This document shows positions 1 to 13,399 of a DNA stretch of 64,000 nt, piece by piece. Source of the stretch: Vicugna vicugna (Eukaryota); the NCBI GenBank assembly GCA_013265495.1, contig MU058059.1, positions 1,426,001 to 1,490,000 on the forward strand, given 5' to 3'. The first letter of the stretch is position 1; the number at the start of each line of letters is the position of its first letter. Under the pieces are notes generated by a model, which was not told the DNA's origin, did not search any database, and was given only the letters and a program-made list of their open reading frames with translations. The position numbers and the translations under genes were made by a program.

Positions 1-609
1 CTGGGTTTCTGGAAGGAGGAGCTTAAGCCACGTGAAGGGAGCAGTCCCCAAAAAGCAACGACGCTTCGTGCGGCTGGCCGTCTTGGACACTGAAGCTACA
101 TTTACTTTGAGAGAATGAGGTTATTATCACTAGGAAATCACTAGCAACCATCACTGTTCGGAAGTCCAATCGCTCATTATCCATTACGTACCCAACACCC
201 CCGCAGCCCCGCTGTCTGCCGTGTGCCATTAGCCTAATGGCCTCATAATGGCTCTGCTCTGCTGACAGCTATCGCTGCCGTGAATCACTGTGTCAATATT
301 CCTGGGAAAACGCGTCGTATACAATGAAATAACGCATGATTTCAGTTACTCAAACGTTCTATCATTCTCAGCCATGTTACAGCTGCCACATTGCCTATTA
401 AAAGTGTATTAGTAGTAAAAGAAGCTTCGATTAAAATCCAATGTTCCATGTGGTATTATAAATACTCTTTTATGGGGAATTATGGAGAGGACATTGAGTT
501 AATGCCAAGAGGTAATGCACATTCGTTTCGATAAGGAATAAGTAATTCTTAATAACAGTAATTTACTGCCAGTAAACAACCTATCGGTGCATTTTTACTT
601 ACAACCTTC

Positions 610-800
610 ACGCATTCATTTATTCATCCATTCATTCAGCAAGTGTTTATCTAGCCACCAGGAAGTGTCAAGGACCATTCCACAGGCATAGGGACACGGA
701 GAGGACTTGGGTGATCAAGAGAGAAAAGTGCCTTCTCCGTGAGTTTACATTCCAGTCACAAAACAGATGATAAAGAAAAACACAGGGCTGTGTAATCTAA
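610..800 (-). mobile_element. LINE-2 3' end remnant
   Basis: (cattcatt)n tail followed by cagcaagtgtttat...ccaggaagtgtcaagg, the typical L2 3' terminus read in reverse; boundaries approximate. Confidence 0.6.
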
Positions 801-3534
801 GGTCAGGGACCTGTAAATCCTATGGTGAAAACTAAGTTCGTGTAAGGGAGGAATGAGCGCTTCAAAGGAGCAGGGTGCTCCCCCCAGCACAGCAGGCAGA
901 AACTCTGCACATGTTCAGACACGGACGGGAGGCAGATGGGCCGTGGGGCTGGGCATCCCACTCTGTATCTTTCTGCCCTCCCCGTGAGTGAGAGGCACGG
1001 ACAGCCCTGGGAGGAGGAGGGTGTGGGCAGATGGGACAGGGAAAGAGCCTCGCTGGGGGACAGGAATGGGACCTGATGGGGAACTGGAGGATGGAGCAGA
1101 GTCACCAGAACAGGCTCAGGGTCCCGTGGAGACAGATTCAGTCAGACCCCTCGGAGGGGCTCTCTGTCCTCTCCAGCCACAGGCTTCAACCTGCCCTTAC
1201 TAAGAAGTTTGTAAACAGGAGACTGTTAGAGAATGGGGAACAAGCCCCCTTCCCGGGGCAGTGGGCCACAACAGAGGGCCACTCAGAGAAGGAGAAGAGG
1301 AAGCAAGTGCCAGCCTCGCAGCACTGGTGCCAGACACGCCAGCAACATCTGCTTGCCTGGAGGTTCTTGATGCGGAACTTTGGCACGTTCACATAGAACT
1401 GAGCGAAATTCACGTATTAGAAAAAGCGTGTCTACTGCCTTCACAAAGCAAATCTTTGCTGAAAACAACAGGGAAATGGAATTCCTCAATTTCCCTGGTT
1501 CTGTCGTGCCCACCCCTCACCCCACCCTGTACACAGTTCAACAATTATAAAATCCAGATGCTTCCATCCATGTGGAAGAACTCTGCCAAGAGCTGGTGGT
1601 TGAAGCCATCGCTCGATAGTTGTCACTGCCCACGCAGGTTCTGAGTACTGTCAGGTCCCCAAGAAAGAAACGAACGTGTGCTCTCAGAGGCCTGAGAGAG
1701 GCCAGCGAGGCCCACTCATGTCAGATAAAGGGCTCAACACTGCTTTCACCTGGACGAGAATTGTTAAAACTAAGCCCAAAGTCACTAGCCAAATCGCGGT
1801 GTTTTCCTAAAGTTTACAGCTCTCTCTAAGGTGAGAAAGGGTGGAAGAAGACAGGCCGGGGTGGGGGGGTCAGTCGAGGGCAGATATGCAGGACCTAGCT
1901 GGCCATTAATGTTGATTCCCTTTTACCTAAATGCTTGTGTTCTGGCCCACATTTCAGGCTCACTCCAGCACCTCTGCACAGCGTGGACTGGCAGGGTCCC
2001 AGCGGGGAGCAGAGAGCCCAGCTGGAAGGGAACTGTTGTGGTCCATGTGAGCGGTGATGTCAGCTTTCCTTAGGGAGGCTGTCATGGAGATGAAGAGAGG
2101 TAAAGAGACCAGGGACAGAGTGCCGGGAGTGAGCATCCACAGAGCATGGTGGCTGACTGCACGTGGCTGTTCTGAGACGGGCCGACATTAGGAATGACTC
2201 CCAGGGGTCTGGATTGAGCACCTGGTGGGTAAGCTGCCTTTATGAAGTTGCAGATGCCTAGGGACCAAACAGGTTTTGGTCTTGTGTATTGAGAAGTTCA
2301 GTCCGGGACACATTAACGTTGACACATAAAAACACGACCAAGTTACAGTTAAATATCCGGAGCTCTGCGGAGCAGGCTTCTGTCAAAATGCAGGTTCTGA
2401 GCCAGTGGGTCTGCGGAGGGGCCTGAGCCGCCATTCCTAACGTGCTCCCAGGTGACGGTGACCCTGCAATCTGCAGCTGCAGAGAACCCTCCCCCGTACC
2501 AGACCCTGGGAAATGCCATGGCCAGTTCTGCCCTGGCACCAGGAGACTGGCCACTTTCAGCTGTGCTGTTCCCAGTGTGTGTGGCCTGCATCCCAGACCA
2601 CTGCCCTGCTCACGGGGGCTGTCGCCCTGCCCAGACCACACCTCTGGACCCCACTTCGGTCAAGGATCCTGAAACACGAATCTATCCTCCGAGTTTACAG
2701 GATCTACACCTGTTCTTTCTCTGTCAAAGGCCCCCTCGGGGTTAGGGGAAGACGGTCCCCCTGAAGGCAGCCTGGCCCCGCTGTCCCCATGGCCCCAGGC
2801 TGGTTCTGCCAAGGAAGCAAGGACACATACACCCCAGAGGGAGGCCCAGGATAGGAGGTAGAGGGAATAAGCCTCTACAAAGCAGACAGAGAAAAAGAAC
2901 AGCCGTCCCAACTGCTTGAGCTGCAGACCCCTGACCCCCGTTACCGCTGCCGAGCCCCGGAGCTGGTGCGGACGTGCCACTCTCCACGACGCCTTGGCTC
3001 CCAGGGCCAAACACAGACCTCGTCTGGCCAGCCCGCCCGAGTGGCTTTCAATTAAAATACATACATATGCGTGTGTGCAAATACATACCTACACACATGC
3101 ACACACGCACACAACCGAAGATAAATTAAACCTGAAGACTCCTTTGTCTCTACCTGATAGTAAATAAAGGCATTTGGTGTTTGGAAATGCAAATAAAACA
3201 AGGCATGTCATATACTTTCTCTAAGAAAAGGAAAACTGTTCTTCTGGAGAAGCCATCTGCCCGCAGCATCTCTGCTCTTGATGCTCGCTGCATCTGCAAT
3301 GTGCTTTCACAGCACTTGACGGATCGTGCCACGTACCCTATACTGAACTGTGATTTAACTTATCTCCCAACTAGGTTGTGAGGGCAGGTTCCAAGTCTGA
3401 ACCTCATCCCAGGGACCCCAGCTCCCAGAGTGGTCTCTTCTACCTTGGGGTGCTCAGTCAATAAAAGCTGTTGACTGCACGGTGGGCCTCACCTCTCCTG
3501 TTTTTAACACGTATCTAACTTCACCAAATACCAC

Positions 3535-3977
3535 TGCGGTAGGGAGGGTAATAGTTCTCAACAATGTCCACATCTTAACCCCTAAAACCCGGGAAAATGC
3601 TACCTTACATGGCAAGAGGGACTTGGCAGGTGTAACATAAGGAATTTGAGATGGCAGGGACTACCCCAGGTCGCCCTGCGGGCCCAGGGTAACCACAATG
3701 GTCCCTATTCGTGGGAGGCAGACCTGTCAGACAGAGGCTGGAAGAGGCTACACTCTGACCTTAAATATGGAGAAAAGGACCACGAGCAAGGAGTGGAAGC
3801 AGCTCCGGAAACTGGACAAGGCCAGGAAGAGGGTTCCCCCCCGGAGCTTCCCGGAGGAAGACGGCCTTGCTGAAACCTTGGTTCCAGCCTGTGACGCGGA
3901 GAAGTGCACCGTGATACATCTGTGTTATTTTAAAGTGTGGCGTCACGTGTTACAGTAGGCGATGGGACACTCACACA
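3535..3977 (+). mobile_element. MaLR solo LTR (MLT1C/D-like)
   Basis: TG start, atgtccacatcttaacccct...taccttacatggcaagagggacttggcaggtg...ttgagatgg, ending tgttacagtag...acactcacaCA. Confidence 0.8.
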
Positions 3978-5230
3978 ACTCCTTTCCAGAAGTGTGTGAA
4001 CCTGCGTCAGAGTCTACCCCCCCCCACAGAAGAGACTCCTTTCCCCGAGTCGGTGGCCCTTTCCTGTATCACGAGAAATGACACATTTTGCAACACGGGG
4101 GAAAATGTATTCACCGTCTTGCCTAATCAGTTTATTCTGGGGTGTTTGCGCCCACTTATTTATTTTTAATAGATATTCTTCCGGTGGTAAAAATAGAGTG
4201 CCCGCAGAGCAGGCTGTGAGAAACAGAGACGCTGCTCGGCATAATGAGCTCAGCAGTGCGGCTGGTAAGGGCGCTGGGGACATCCAGATCGCAGCTGGCC
4301 GGGGGCGGGGGGCGGCACTCCTGCTCCAGAGAAGGGCGCAGAACAGGAGCATCTCGTCTGAAGCTCAGACGGGCCCCTATGCTCTCCCGTTTGCTGCGAA
4401 GGCAGGTGAAGTGACAGGCCGTGCAGAACAGAAGGCCTTTTCCTAACTTGGTCAAAGGTGCATTAACCCCTGAAACACAAACATCACCCTGGATTTCTGC
4501 ACACAGGTCTGTGCACAGGGCAGGCTGAGCGCTCCTCAGACACTCGAAGAACCACATGAGCCTAAAACAAGGGTTCAGACAACTGATGCTATGACGCCGT
4601 CCTCACTTACTTACGAGTTTCCACACAGTGTTCTGCATGGGAACTGAGGAGTGTTCTATTTCCAGTCCGCTGAGCTCATGACTAAGCCGATGCCTCTGGC
4701 GCAAGAATCCCACAGCAGGATCTCACTAGATCTCCGGGGGGGGGCTGCTGAGACGGGCTGGGGAGGTGGCCCAGCGGTCCCGGAAACCCCGCAGGCCTCC
4801 ACGCAGTGCTGTGGGGCCAGTTTCTGTCCTGGATACACCAACTTTCATAAAGGTGTTCAAGCTAACACTCGACTCACAGTTCCTGGAGAACACAACTCCA
4901 GTGACGGAGAGGCCGCTCCGTGAAGGAACACATCTGAAAATCAGACTGGACGGACGGACGGTTCCCAGAGCCCACTGACACCGGGATGTGCCCTCCTCTC
5001 AGGCCTAGAAGCTGCTGATTCCGTGCAAGGTCTCATCTCTTCTATCTACTGCACTTTACTGAGCATCTAAAGCACACCTAAAACTAGATTCAAAATCAAA
5101 CACAGATCCTAGTTTGGTTCAAAAATCAAATATCTGAAAAAATAAGACAGAGACAGAAAACTGCTGATACTGAAGGGAACAACTTCATCAGTCCACTCGT
5201 AGTCTCTTCAGTGCCGTGTATCTGTTCAGA

Positions 5231-5545
5231 CAGGAGTCAGCAAATCATAGCCCAGGGGCCAAACAGGGCCCTACCACCCGCTTTTGTGCATACCAGTAGC
5301 TAAAATGGTTTCTACATTTTTAAATGGCTGAAAAAAGTCGAAAGAAGAGCATTTCAAGACATATGAAATTACCTGGAATTCAAACTGCAGTGTCCACAAA
5401 TAAAGCTGACAGGGACCCGCCACTCACCCACTTACACACAGTTTAAGGCCGCGTATGTGCTAAGCCACAGAGCCAGCGGGGTGCCAGAGACACGGCCCCC
5501 AAAGGCTGCGTCAGTCTCTTGCCTCTTACGGAGAAAGATGCTGCC
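5231..5545. mobile_element. hAT-Charlie MITE (MER58B-like)
   Basis: caggagtcagcaaatcatagcccaggggccaaa...aatggtttctacatttttaaatggctgaaaaaa...tcaaactgcagtgtccacaaataaag matches the recalled MER58 pattern. Confidence 0.7.
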
Positions 5546-7289
5546 CTGAAGGTTAAGAGCTCGGGTTGTCGACCCGGGCCACCTGGTCCCCACCGGCTCT
5601 CCCTCCTCGGAGCCGCAGAACCTGGGGCGAGCAGCTGAAGGCGTCTGTCTGCGCGGCTGCTGTGTGGACTGGGAGAGGAAGAAAACGCAAGTCAGCAAAC
5701 AACCGCGTGGCCCCGCCCCGCGCCAGCCATCAGGGACGTTACTACTGCTGTTTGCTGTGACCTGATCGCACTGACGCACTTTTCCCAGGTGGAGCCTCCT
5801 ACCGGCCTCACCTTTCCTGGAAATCATGGTGGACAGTAATTTATAGTTTCACCTACTCTGAAAATTATCTTTTCATTAATTGGTCATAATATTTTTGAAA
5901 ACTGCCCCAGTCTCCTTCCCAAATGAAGACAGTCACCAATCACTGTGGCACCGTAATGGCCATTAATTAGAAGCTTAGTTCAAAGGACAGTCATTTTTAA
6001 TGTCAGTATCTTGTTCTAACCTCATACTTCAAAACCATTTTCAAAAATGCATCCGGGCTGGAGACCCTGGCAAGTGAGATGACGTATGCCAGAGTCTGTT
6101 CCCTCTTTGACAGATAATTAAACCAAGACACACAGGGGTCAAGCAACTTTCTCAAAGCGCTCACGACCCTTAATTAAAGTGAACGCTCACCGACTTGGAT
6201 TTGGGTTTTTGCTTTGCATGAACCCACCTGCAGTTTTCCTCTTCTTCCAAACAAAAGCTTTGAACTTAGTGATCTGACCTAAAATTCAAAATAAGTCCCA
6301 CACACAGACAACTTACCATGCCCATTTCTCTTGTCATGGTGCTCTTATTTCATTTAGAAATGCCACAAATGCATCCAGTTAATGCATTAAATATGAAAAG
6401 ACTTGCTGAAGAGACTCAATTTATTAATGATTCAGTAGAACTTTCTAAGGCATCTATTTGGAGTTCATTTATAATTCATTTCACAGCTTAGCTGTGGTTC
6501 CCACAGGGCAAATATTTATCAGATATTACTCTAAGTCCTCCCTTTACATTTATTTGTGGAAGAAAACTTTTTTTTCCCAAATAAGGGCTAAACTTCCTAA
6601 AAACATCCATCAGTCTATTGTAATTTAATGTGCAATTCCTGACAAGGTGACAGTAATGGCTTTCAGATATAACAGAGGACGCTGCACAGCCAGACAAAAG
6701 AATAATTATTAAACATAATAGCTGGCTATAAATTGAACAAGATACACACTGAGTACATCATAAATATTTATTAGAGAGTAACCATGGTAATTAATAAACA
6801 CGGTCTTCAACACAAGGGGGAAACAGCATCTTAAAACCTTGCCACTGGAAGAAAAACTTCACAACGCACCCACCAATGGACCACGCACAACCAGATGAGT
6901 ATTTCCAGTATGAGAATGAGAACATCTCGCTGACTAGCACCAGCGAGGAGAATACCGTGAATCAGGCCGCTGCCTCACTCCCCGACCCTGGCAACTGAGA
7001 GGCTCTGGTTCCAACGGCTTAATCCCAGCTACAGGGTAAGCGTTCAGATGAGAGCGCGCTGGTCTGGAGTTAGAAATATCTCAGCGTGAACCCTGCTCTT
7101 GCACAACTAGTGGCAAAGCCTTGGTCAAATTAAGTTCTCCACGTCAACCGTAAAGAAGAAACAACACCCACCTAGAAGAGCTGTTGTAAAACCAGACTGA
7201 CTGGTGACGCTTCCACGATGCACACAACACCCAGCCACACTGCACACCTGAGACTGATACAGTGCTGTGTGTCCACTATGTCTCAATAC

Positions 7290-7505
7290 AAAGTCATGCT
7301 GTAGAGCACAGGGAGCTACGTTCAATTCCTTGTGGTAACTTATGAAAAAGAATACGAAAATGGCTGTATGTGTGTCATGTATGACTGAAGCACTATGCTG
7401 CACACCAGAAACTGATGTTACAACAGCGTTGTAAACTGACTGTACTTCAATAAAAACAGATACATACAAAAATAATGAATATCAAAAAATAAAAATTAAA
7501 AAGAA
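7290..7505 (+). mobile_element. Young 5'-truncated L1 3' end (artiodactyl/camelid-like) with A-rich tail
   Basis: gctgtagagcacagggagctacgttcaat...atgactgaagcactatgctgcacaccagaaactga...ttgtaaactgactgtacttcAATAAA followed by an A-rich tail. Confidence 0.8.
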
Positions 7506-7767
7506 ATCAAAGAGACGTTGTGAAGATAAAGACGCAGTAAGAGCATACTAACTGGCTGGCTGGAACAGCGCGCACGCTCAGTGCCGGGCCTTCTTACTCT
7601 GCCCGCGCTGCGGCCGCCTTCTGAGGCTGCCACCGCCCCACCCACTGCTGTTACTGCTGTGACCACAGCCACCACTCAGCCACCATCACCGCATCCCACT
7701 CCTCCTGGCCAACACATCGTGAGCGGTCACGTGTAAGAATTCAGACTTTCAGACCTAAACACATAAG

Positions 7768-8450
7768 CCCACCAGAATGGCTAGAAGTTTAAAAATAGAT
7801 AAAATAGACGATAGTGAATGTTAGTGAGGATTTGGAGAAACTGGAACCTTTGCACACTGAATGTAAACTGGTGCAGCCACTTTGGAGAACAATGTTAAAC
7901 ATCAAATTACCACGTGACCCAGCAACTCCACTCCCAGATATAGACCTAAGAGAAATGAAAACACATGTCCACTCAAAAACACACCCAAATGTTCACAGCA
8001 GCATTATTTAAAACATCCAAAAAGCAGAAGCAACTCGAAAGTCTATCAGTGATGGACAAATAAAACATGATACATTCATATGATGGAAAGAAAAAAAAAA
8101 AAGAAAGAGGAAAGAAAAAGAAATAAAGTACTGACACATGCTACAACATGAGTGAAACCTTCAAAACACGATGGTAAGCGAAAGAAGCCAGACACGACAG
8201 TCACGTGCTGTCATTCCATGTATACGAAATGTTCAGAACAGGCAAATCCATGGACACAGAAGGCGGATTTCTGGCTAAGTGGAGGTGCAACATGAACAGT
8301 GATTCTTAATGTACATGAGCTTTCCTCCTGCGGGATGAAAATGTTATAAATGCAGGTGGTGATGAAGGTCGCACAATCCTGGGAACATATGCAAAACCAG
8401 TACATTTTATGGTGCGTGAATTATAGCTCAAAAAAGCTGTTTGTTTATAA
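7768..8450 (+). mobile_element. Old L1 (L1MB/MC-like) ORF2 end and 3' UTR
   Basis: gaggatttggagaaactggaacc...gtaaactggtgcagccactttggag...tgacccagcaactccactccc...gctacaacatgagtgaaacctt...gaaagaagccagacac. Confidence 0.85.
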
Positions 8451-8729
8451 AAATAGTCAAGACCACAAGGGCAACTACGGATTTCGGGGAGAGGCAGGAA
8501 GGAAGACAGTCAGTCTTTGCTGGTCCCGTGGTGCCCTGCCCGGGAACGCCAGGACCCCGCACACCTCCAGGCAGGACACGCAGTGTGGGCTCAGCGCAGA
8601 AGGCTAAAGGAGCCTGGGGGTACTGTGCGCTGGGCTCCTCACCCTGGACATCTGCTCCCCTCCATGAAGTGCAGTGTTCATGACAAAAAGTAGAACATGA
8701 GAGCAGAAGTAGGAAGACTTCAAGCTGCA

Positions 8730-8950
8730 GAGTTGGAAACCTCTGACTGCAAGCCAGGGCTTAAAACCTGGCTCTCCCATGTACTGACTTGTTACCTTGG
8801 AACAACTGCTTAACCTCTCTGGGCTTCGGGCCCCTCACCTGTAATGTGGCTGTAACAGCACCTTCTGTCACGCAGCTGCTGTGAGGATGCACTAATGCGT
8901 GTAAAGCCCTGCGAAGAGTGTCAGACAGAAGCTGAGTGCTGTCCTCACCG
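8730..8950 (+). mobile_element. MIR SINE
   Basis: MIR core ccttggaacaactgcttaacctctctgggcttc...cacctgtaatgtgg...tgtgaggatgcactaatgcgtgtaaagccct. Confidence 0.75.
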
Positions 8951-10707
8951 TTAACCACCACCAGGAAGATGGTTCTCCATGTCCGGCAGGCAAACCCAGG
9001 CGAGCCGCACAGAGCAGGTGCGCCCGTGGGCATCCCCGGGGTCCCCTCAGGCTCCCTGCTCAGTTCCTCACAGAGCAGCCCTGGGCTGCTTCCGCCCCTC
9101 TCCTGGGGACAGCCACTTGCCCGAGGCCCCTGCACAGGCACAGAACACCAAGGCCCCGGGAGGGCAGCGCAGGCTTCTGCACGAATGCCACGACCGTGGG
9201 AGCCCGGGAAAGAGTCGGAGAGCAACTAGGAGAGGAGCTGAGGTCGAGGGGAGGGTGCTGTTTGAGCGACGTAACCATCTCACACATTCAAACAGGACGA
9301 TGCAGAGCACACGCGATGCCACTCACCCCTTCATTCGTTCACACACGTACGAAGCATCTATTACATGCCAGTGATAAAGATCTTCTGTGAAGGACAATGA
9401 CTTCAAAAGAGAAAACTACAGAAGAGTATGATCAACACACCGAGAAAGGACAGCGGACTGCACTGGGCAAAGGTCGGTGAGTTCAACTCGATGCTCCTGT
9501 TATGTGTCTCACAAACCACAGGAAAATCATCTGACGATTGTAATTCTAAACAACGCTGGCTGCACTATTAAGACTGAGTCTTTCCTACAAACGCAGTCAT
9601 TTCATAATGGAAGTCAAACAAGAATTCGAGGAAACCTGATGCTCATTTTCAATACTGAAATATCACTGAATTTGTAAAGTAATTACGATACCCAAAAGTC
9701 ATTCCCACAGAAAGTGCCATTAGAGTTAAACAGTGAAAAGCCACAAATAAGAACTCAGGCAATATGCTCAAAATTGAATTTAAAATAAACCATTAACAGC
9801 AATATATGTGGGATAAAATACCGACACCATACTATTTCAGGACAGTGTTTAGCACAGCTGCTGTTTTCGTTTGTCAGGAGAAGGGCGTTGCCAACACTGG
9901 GTCTTGATAACTTACCGCCAAGCAAAACACTCACCTCTACGTTTACCGCAATATACGCACTGATTATTCCCTATCAGATCAATCAGAAGTTGTTTTCAAG
10001 TGAGGCAAAGAGCAAATAAGATTTCTTTTAAATTATATGAAATTGTATATCAAACTTAAATACATCTTTCCTAATAATGCCTATAAATATCCCTTGACTT
10101 CAATCGTTTCATTAAGTTGAAAATAAACTCTGCCTGGGTAGAAAATGATTCCTGAACTGCCATATACTGTGGAAGATTTACTGGATTCCACAGATACTTC
10201 CAGCTCTCTGTATAAAAAACTGAAAAGCTTTCATTTACGGATAATTTAATTTCAAAGATGTGTATATTTAAAAAAAAACAGATGTCACAAGGATAGTACA
10301 CAAATTGTGCATCAAATTTTCACTGCAGAATCTAACCTTTTGTTTGAATAGTAGAGAATAAGGACTTAATTGCTCTAGCTAAGGTGTTTAATGACAACTG
10401 TTTCAAGAAAAATCTGACAATACCAACAAAAAGAAGCTTAAAAAAAAAGAACCAAAATTTATAAAGTGTAAGCAGCAAATCTGAACAGGGATGCATTAGA
10501 AGCCCTCTGAAAATCAGGTGTGCCTGCAGACTCCCCTTCCACACACACGCCAGCTGGACGGCTCTCTACTGGAGACCCGCAACTGGAAGTGAGGTCTGTC
10601 CAAGTCTGACTCTCCTACTGAGACAAGAAACCAGAGCCTCTGAAGTCAGCCTCACAGCAAACGCAGCGAAAATGCCAAGATGATACCGTGCTAATCAGAA
10701 CGTGTAC

Positions 10708-10818
10708 CTTTATTCTTTGGTCATCGACATCCACAATCGTAGCAACACGGATTAACCTGGGGTTTCGTTTATCCACAACTTCAAGTTTCATATTCGGGAG
10801 AAAACCACGGGGCAACCG
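10708..10818 (-). CDS. L3MBTL4: L3MBTL4 coding exon 10: RLPRGFLPNMKLEVVDKRNPRLIRVATIVDVDDQRIK (MBT3 core); gene continues beyond the left edge
   Basis: 111 nt; ttacAG acceptor, GTACAC donor; visible in ORF 10615..10854; I did not find the next expected exon (VHFDGWD...) in 1-10707. Confidence 0.96.
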
Positions 10819-12831
10819 CTGTAACGTCACGAGAGCAGCCAAGTCAAGAGACATCCAACAATTCAGACGAGCGACTAAAGTTTTCTGAAATGTTACTGTT
10901 CCAATTTTACACCATATCTTTAATACAACTAGAATTTAGTTTTCAGAACACACAGAGCTTCATGCATATTATTTTATCCAGTTTCATAAAAACCTGTAAG
11001 AAGAATATTACAGTAATTTTCAAGACAGCTAAAAGATAAAGACAGATTAAATCATAAATTCATTAATGATCACAAGGTTCAAAAAAGGATCTCAGTCTAG
11101 TTTGCCTATTGGTTTAGTTGTTTTTATTTTTTTCTTAATAAACTAAGAAATTATTGACTATTATCACTGCCCCGCTTTGAAGCGCATGACCGAGGAGGCA
11201 AAATTAACAAATAATTACAAAGGATAAACATGATCCTTTGTGTATAAATTTCAAAACACATAAAAGCTGTCATAATTATAATAGATACGCTGTTTTAAAA
11301 TCATAGCACAATGTAATTTAAAGCCATGACCTGTGTTTTTGTTGCTCCATCTATAACATAAGCATGCTAAACTGTATTGATTTAAGGTTTCTTCCAAGTT
11401 TTAAAATGCTGGGAACCAGAAGTCTGGTAAGACGGACGCTCAGGAAACATTTAGGAAGATGCAGTGGGGGGAAGAGGGACTGGGATTTACCCAATCATTG
11501 AAACTAAGGAAACTTATCAAATATCAATCAAAAGACAACTATGACAGTGTTTAAGGGGAGGCGAAAAGTCTCACTCTGAGAGCTACTACACACCCAAGTG
11601 TTCAGTTGACTTTCTTGAAAATGAAAGTGTACTGACTTTCTCAAGTCTAGAAATGGCAGAAGGAAAATAAAACGTTTGATAGCACATGACTTATAAAACA
11701 ATCACACCTTTCTCCAGTCCTGGGTCTGTTTCTCTCGGGGTTTTGTGGAAGCATAATTTCTTTCTAAAATTCACTATTATGTCTACTAAATGGGAGGATA
11801 CTGATCATAATTAGGTCTCTGCTCCTTGAAAATGTTTCTCTTCCCCCCACGGCCACTGTGCTAACAAAAGTTAACTATATCACATTGCAGATGCCAAAGA
11901 CAGCTTGAGAGGAACTCATAATAACCCTGCGACAGAGCCTGGTGGCGAGGTGCCTTTTAAACTATATCTTTTCACAATTTTATTTTCCTGTAGAATTTTC
12001 TTGACATAAAGTAAGAAAGTAAATGAAACCACAAGCAGCCGGCATTTTTGCTCATGGAATGTCCACAATTCTTAAAATTCTCTATAGCACCCTGCAACTT
12101 CTAACCCCTCTTCATTTGATGATGCCTAGCCCTCTAAATCCAACCTATTATAACCAACTGTCTTAAAGAATGAAATAGCACTCGTTTTGAACTCCTTCTG
12201 ATCTTCAGAAAACTTTCAGTAAATGAAGTCACGCTGTAAGTTCTGACGGAAGGTGAGTCAGGGAGCCCGGAGGACACAGAGCTGAAAGGGAACCGAGCCT
12301 GCAAACCCCTGGTGCAGAACTTAAGTGTCTCCAGCTCTGCTACCAGCCACCTTCTTTTACAAAATAATTTACACTTGGTTTAATCCTGGAATAAATTCGT
12401 AAGTGTAAATCTGAACTTTATAAATCGGTGTTCTAACAAACCGCCCACTCAAAATGGGTGAAACGGTAACACACGGGCGCTGCATACAAACCGCCCGTTT
12501 TATGATGCCATCACGGGCAGTCTAACGGGCCCGGAGACCCGGAGCTCAGCGCTCCCACTCAGTGGACCAAGAGACCCGGAAACCCAGGGCTCAGTCTTCA
12601 GAGGCTGATGGGGTTTCGACAGTACCCCAAGGAGGAAAATCGTCGTCCACATTTGTGTGTAGGAACAGCAGTGAGTCCCCTCCTTTGCGTTTTTAACTAA
12701 AAGCAATGAAAATAACTCCTGAATTTAAAAGGAAAAAAAACTAAAATAACTTTGAATTGCCAAAGGAAGGCACAATTCCACACAAACGGGCACTGTTTAA
12801 AAGTTGGGAGTGTCTACAGATACAAACTTAC

Positions 12832-12917
12832 CATTTTAAAAACTCGGGCAGGAACTGCATAAGTTTGAGTAGCTTCCAGATATTCTGTCCAGGAAAATTT
12901 TTCTGGATCAGGATAAC
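12832..12917 (-). CDS. L3MBTL4: L3MBTL4 coding exon 9: (G)YPDPEKFSWTEYLEATQTYAVPARVFKM (MBT3 arm)
   Basis: 86 nt; tttttcAG acceptor, GTAAG donor; phase 1->0; FSWxEYL motif. Confidence 0.97.
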
Positions 12918-13399
12918 CTGAAAAACAACATAAATATCAAAAGATTACTCACTGCTATCTTGATTCCCATACACTAGAAGACATCTGATGATAAAAACCC
13001 CCGCTATTAACTGAACGCTCACTGTTTAACAGCCCTTTTAAGAACTTCACACACACTCCCTGACGTAGGTCTACGACAGCCTGAGGGCGGTTTGCCCCGC
13101 TAAGACGCGGGCACACTCTCACTGGTTCGTGCACTCCCTCCACAAGGTAAAGCAGGCCGACCAAGGTCGCACGGTGGTGTGAGTGCATGGCAGAGCCAGG
13201 TCAAGCCCAGAAGGGCTCGCTGGATGTTTGAAAAAACTCATAATCACTGTCTCACCTCAAATCATGAACTGACAGTCTTTGCAATGACTCTGCATCTATT
13301 AGGGTTTTATTCTCATAATCACGTTTGTAGTTACAGTTTCCAAGTCTGCTATTCATCACTGCAATTTAAAAATATGCATTGGTATAACGTGGTATAAAG

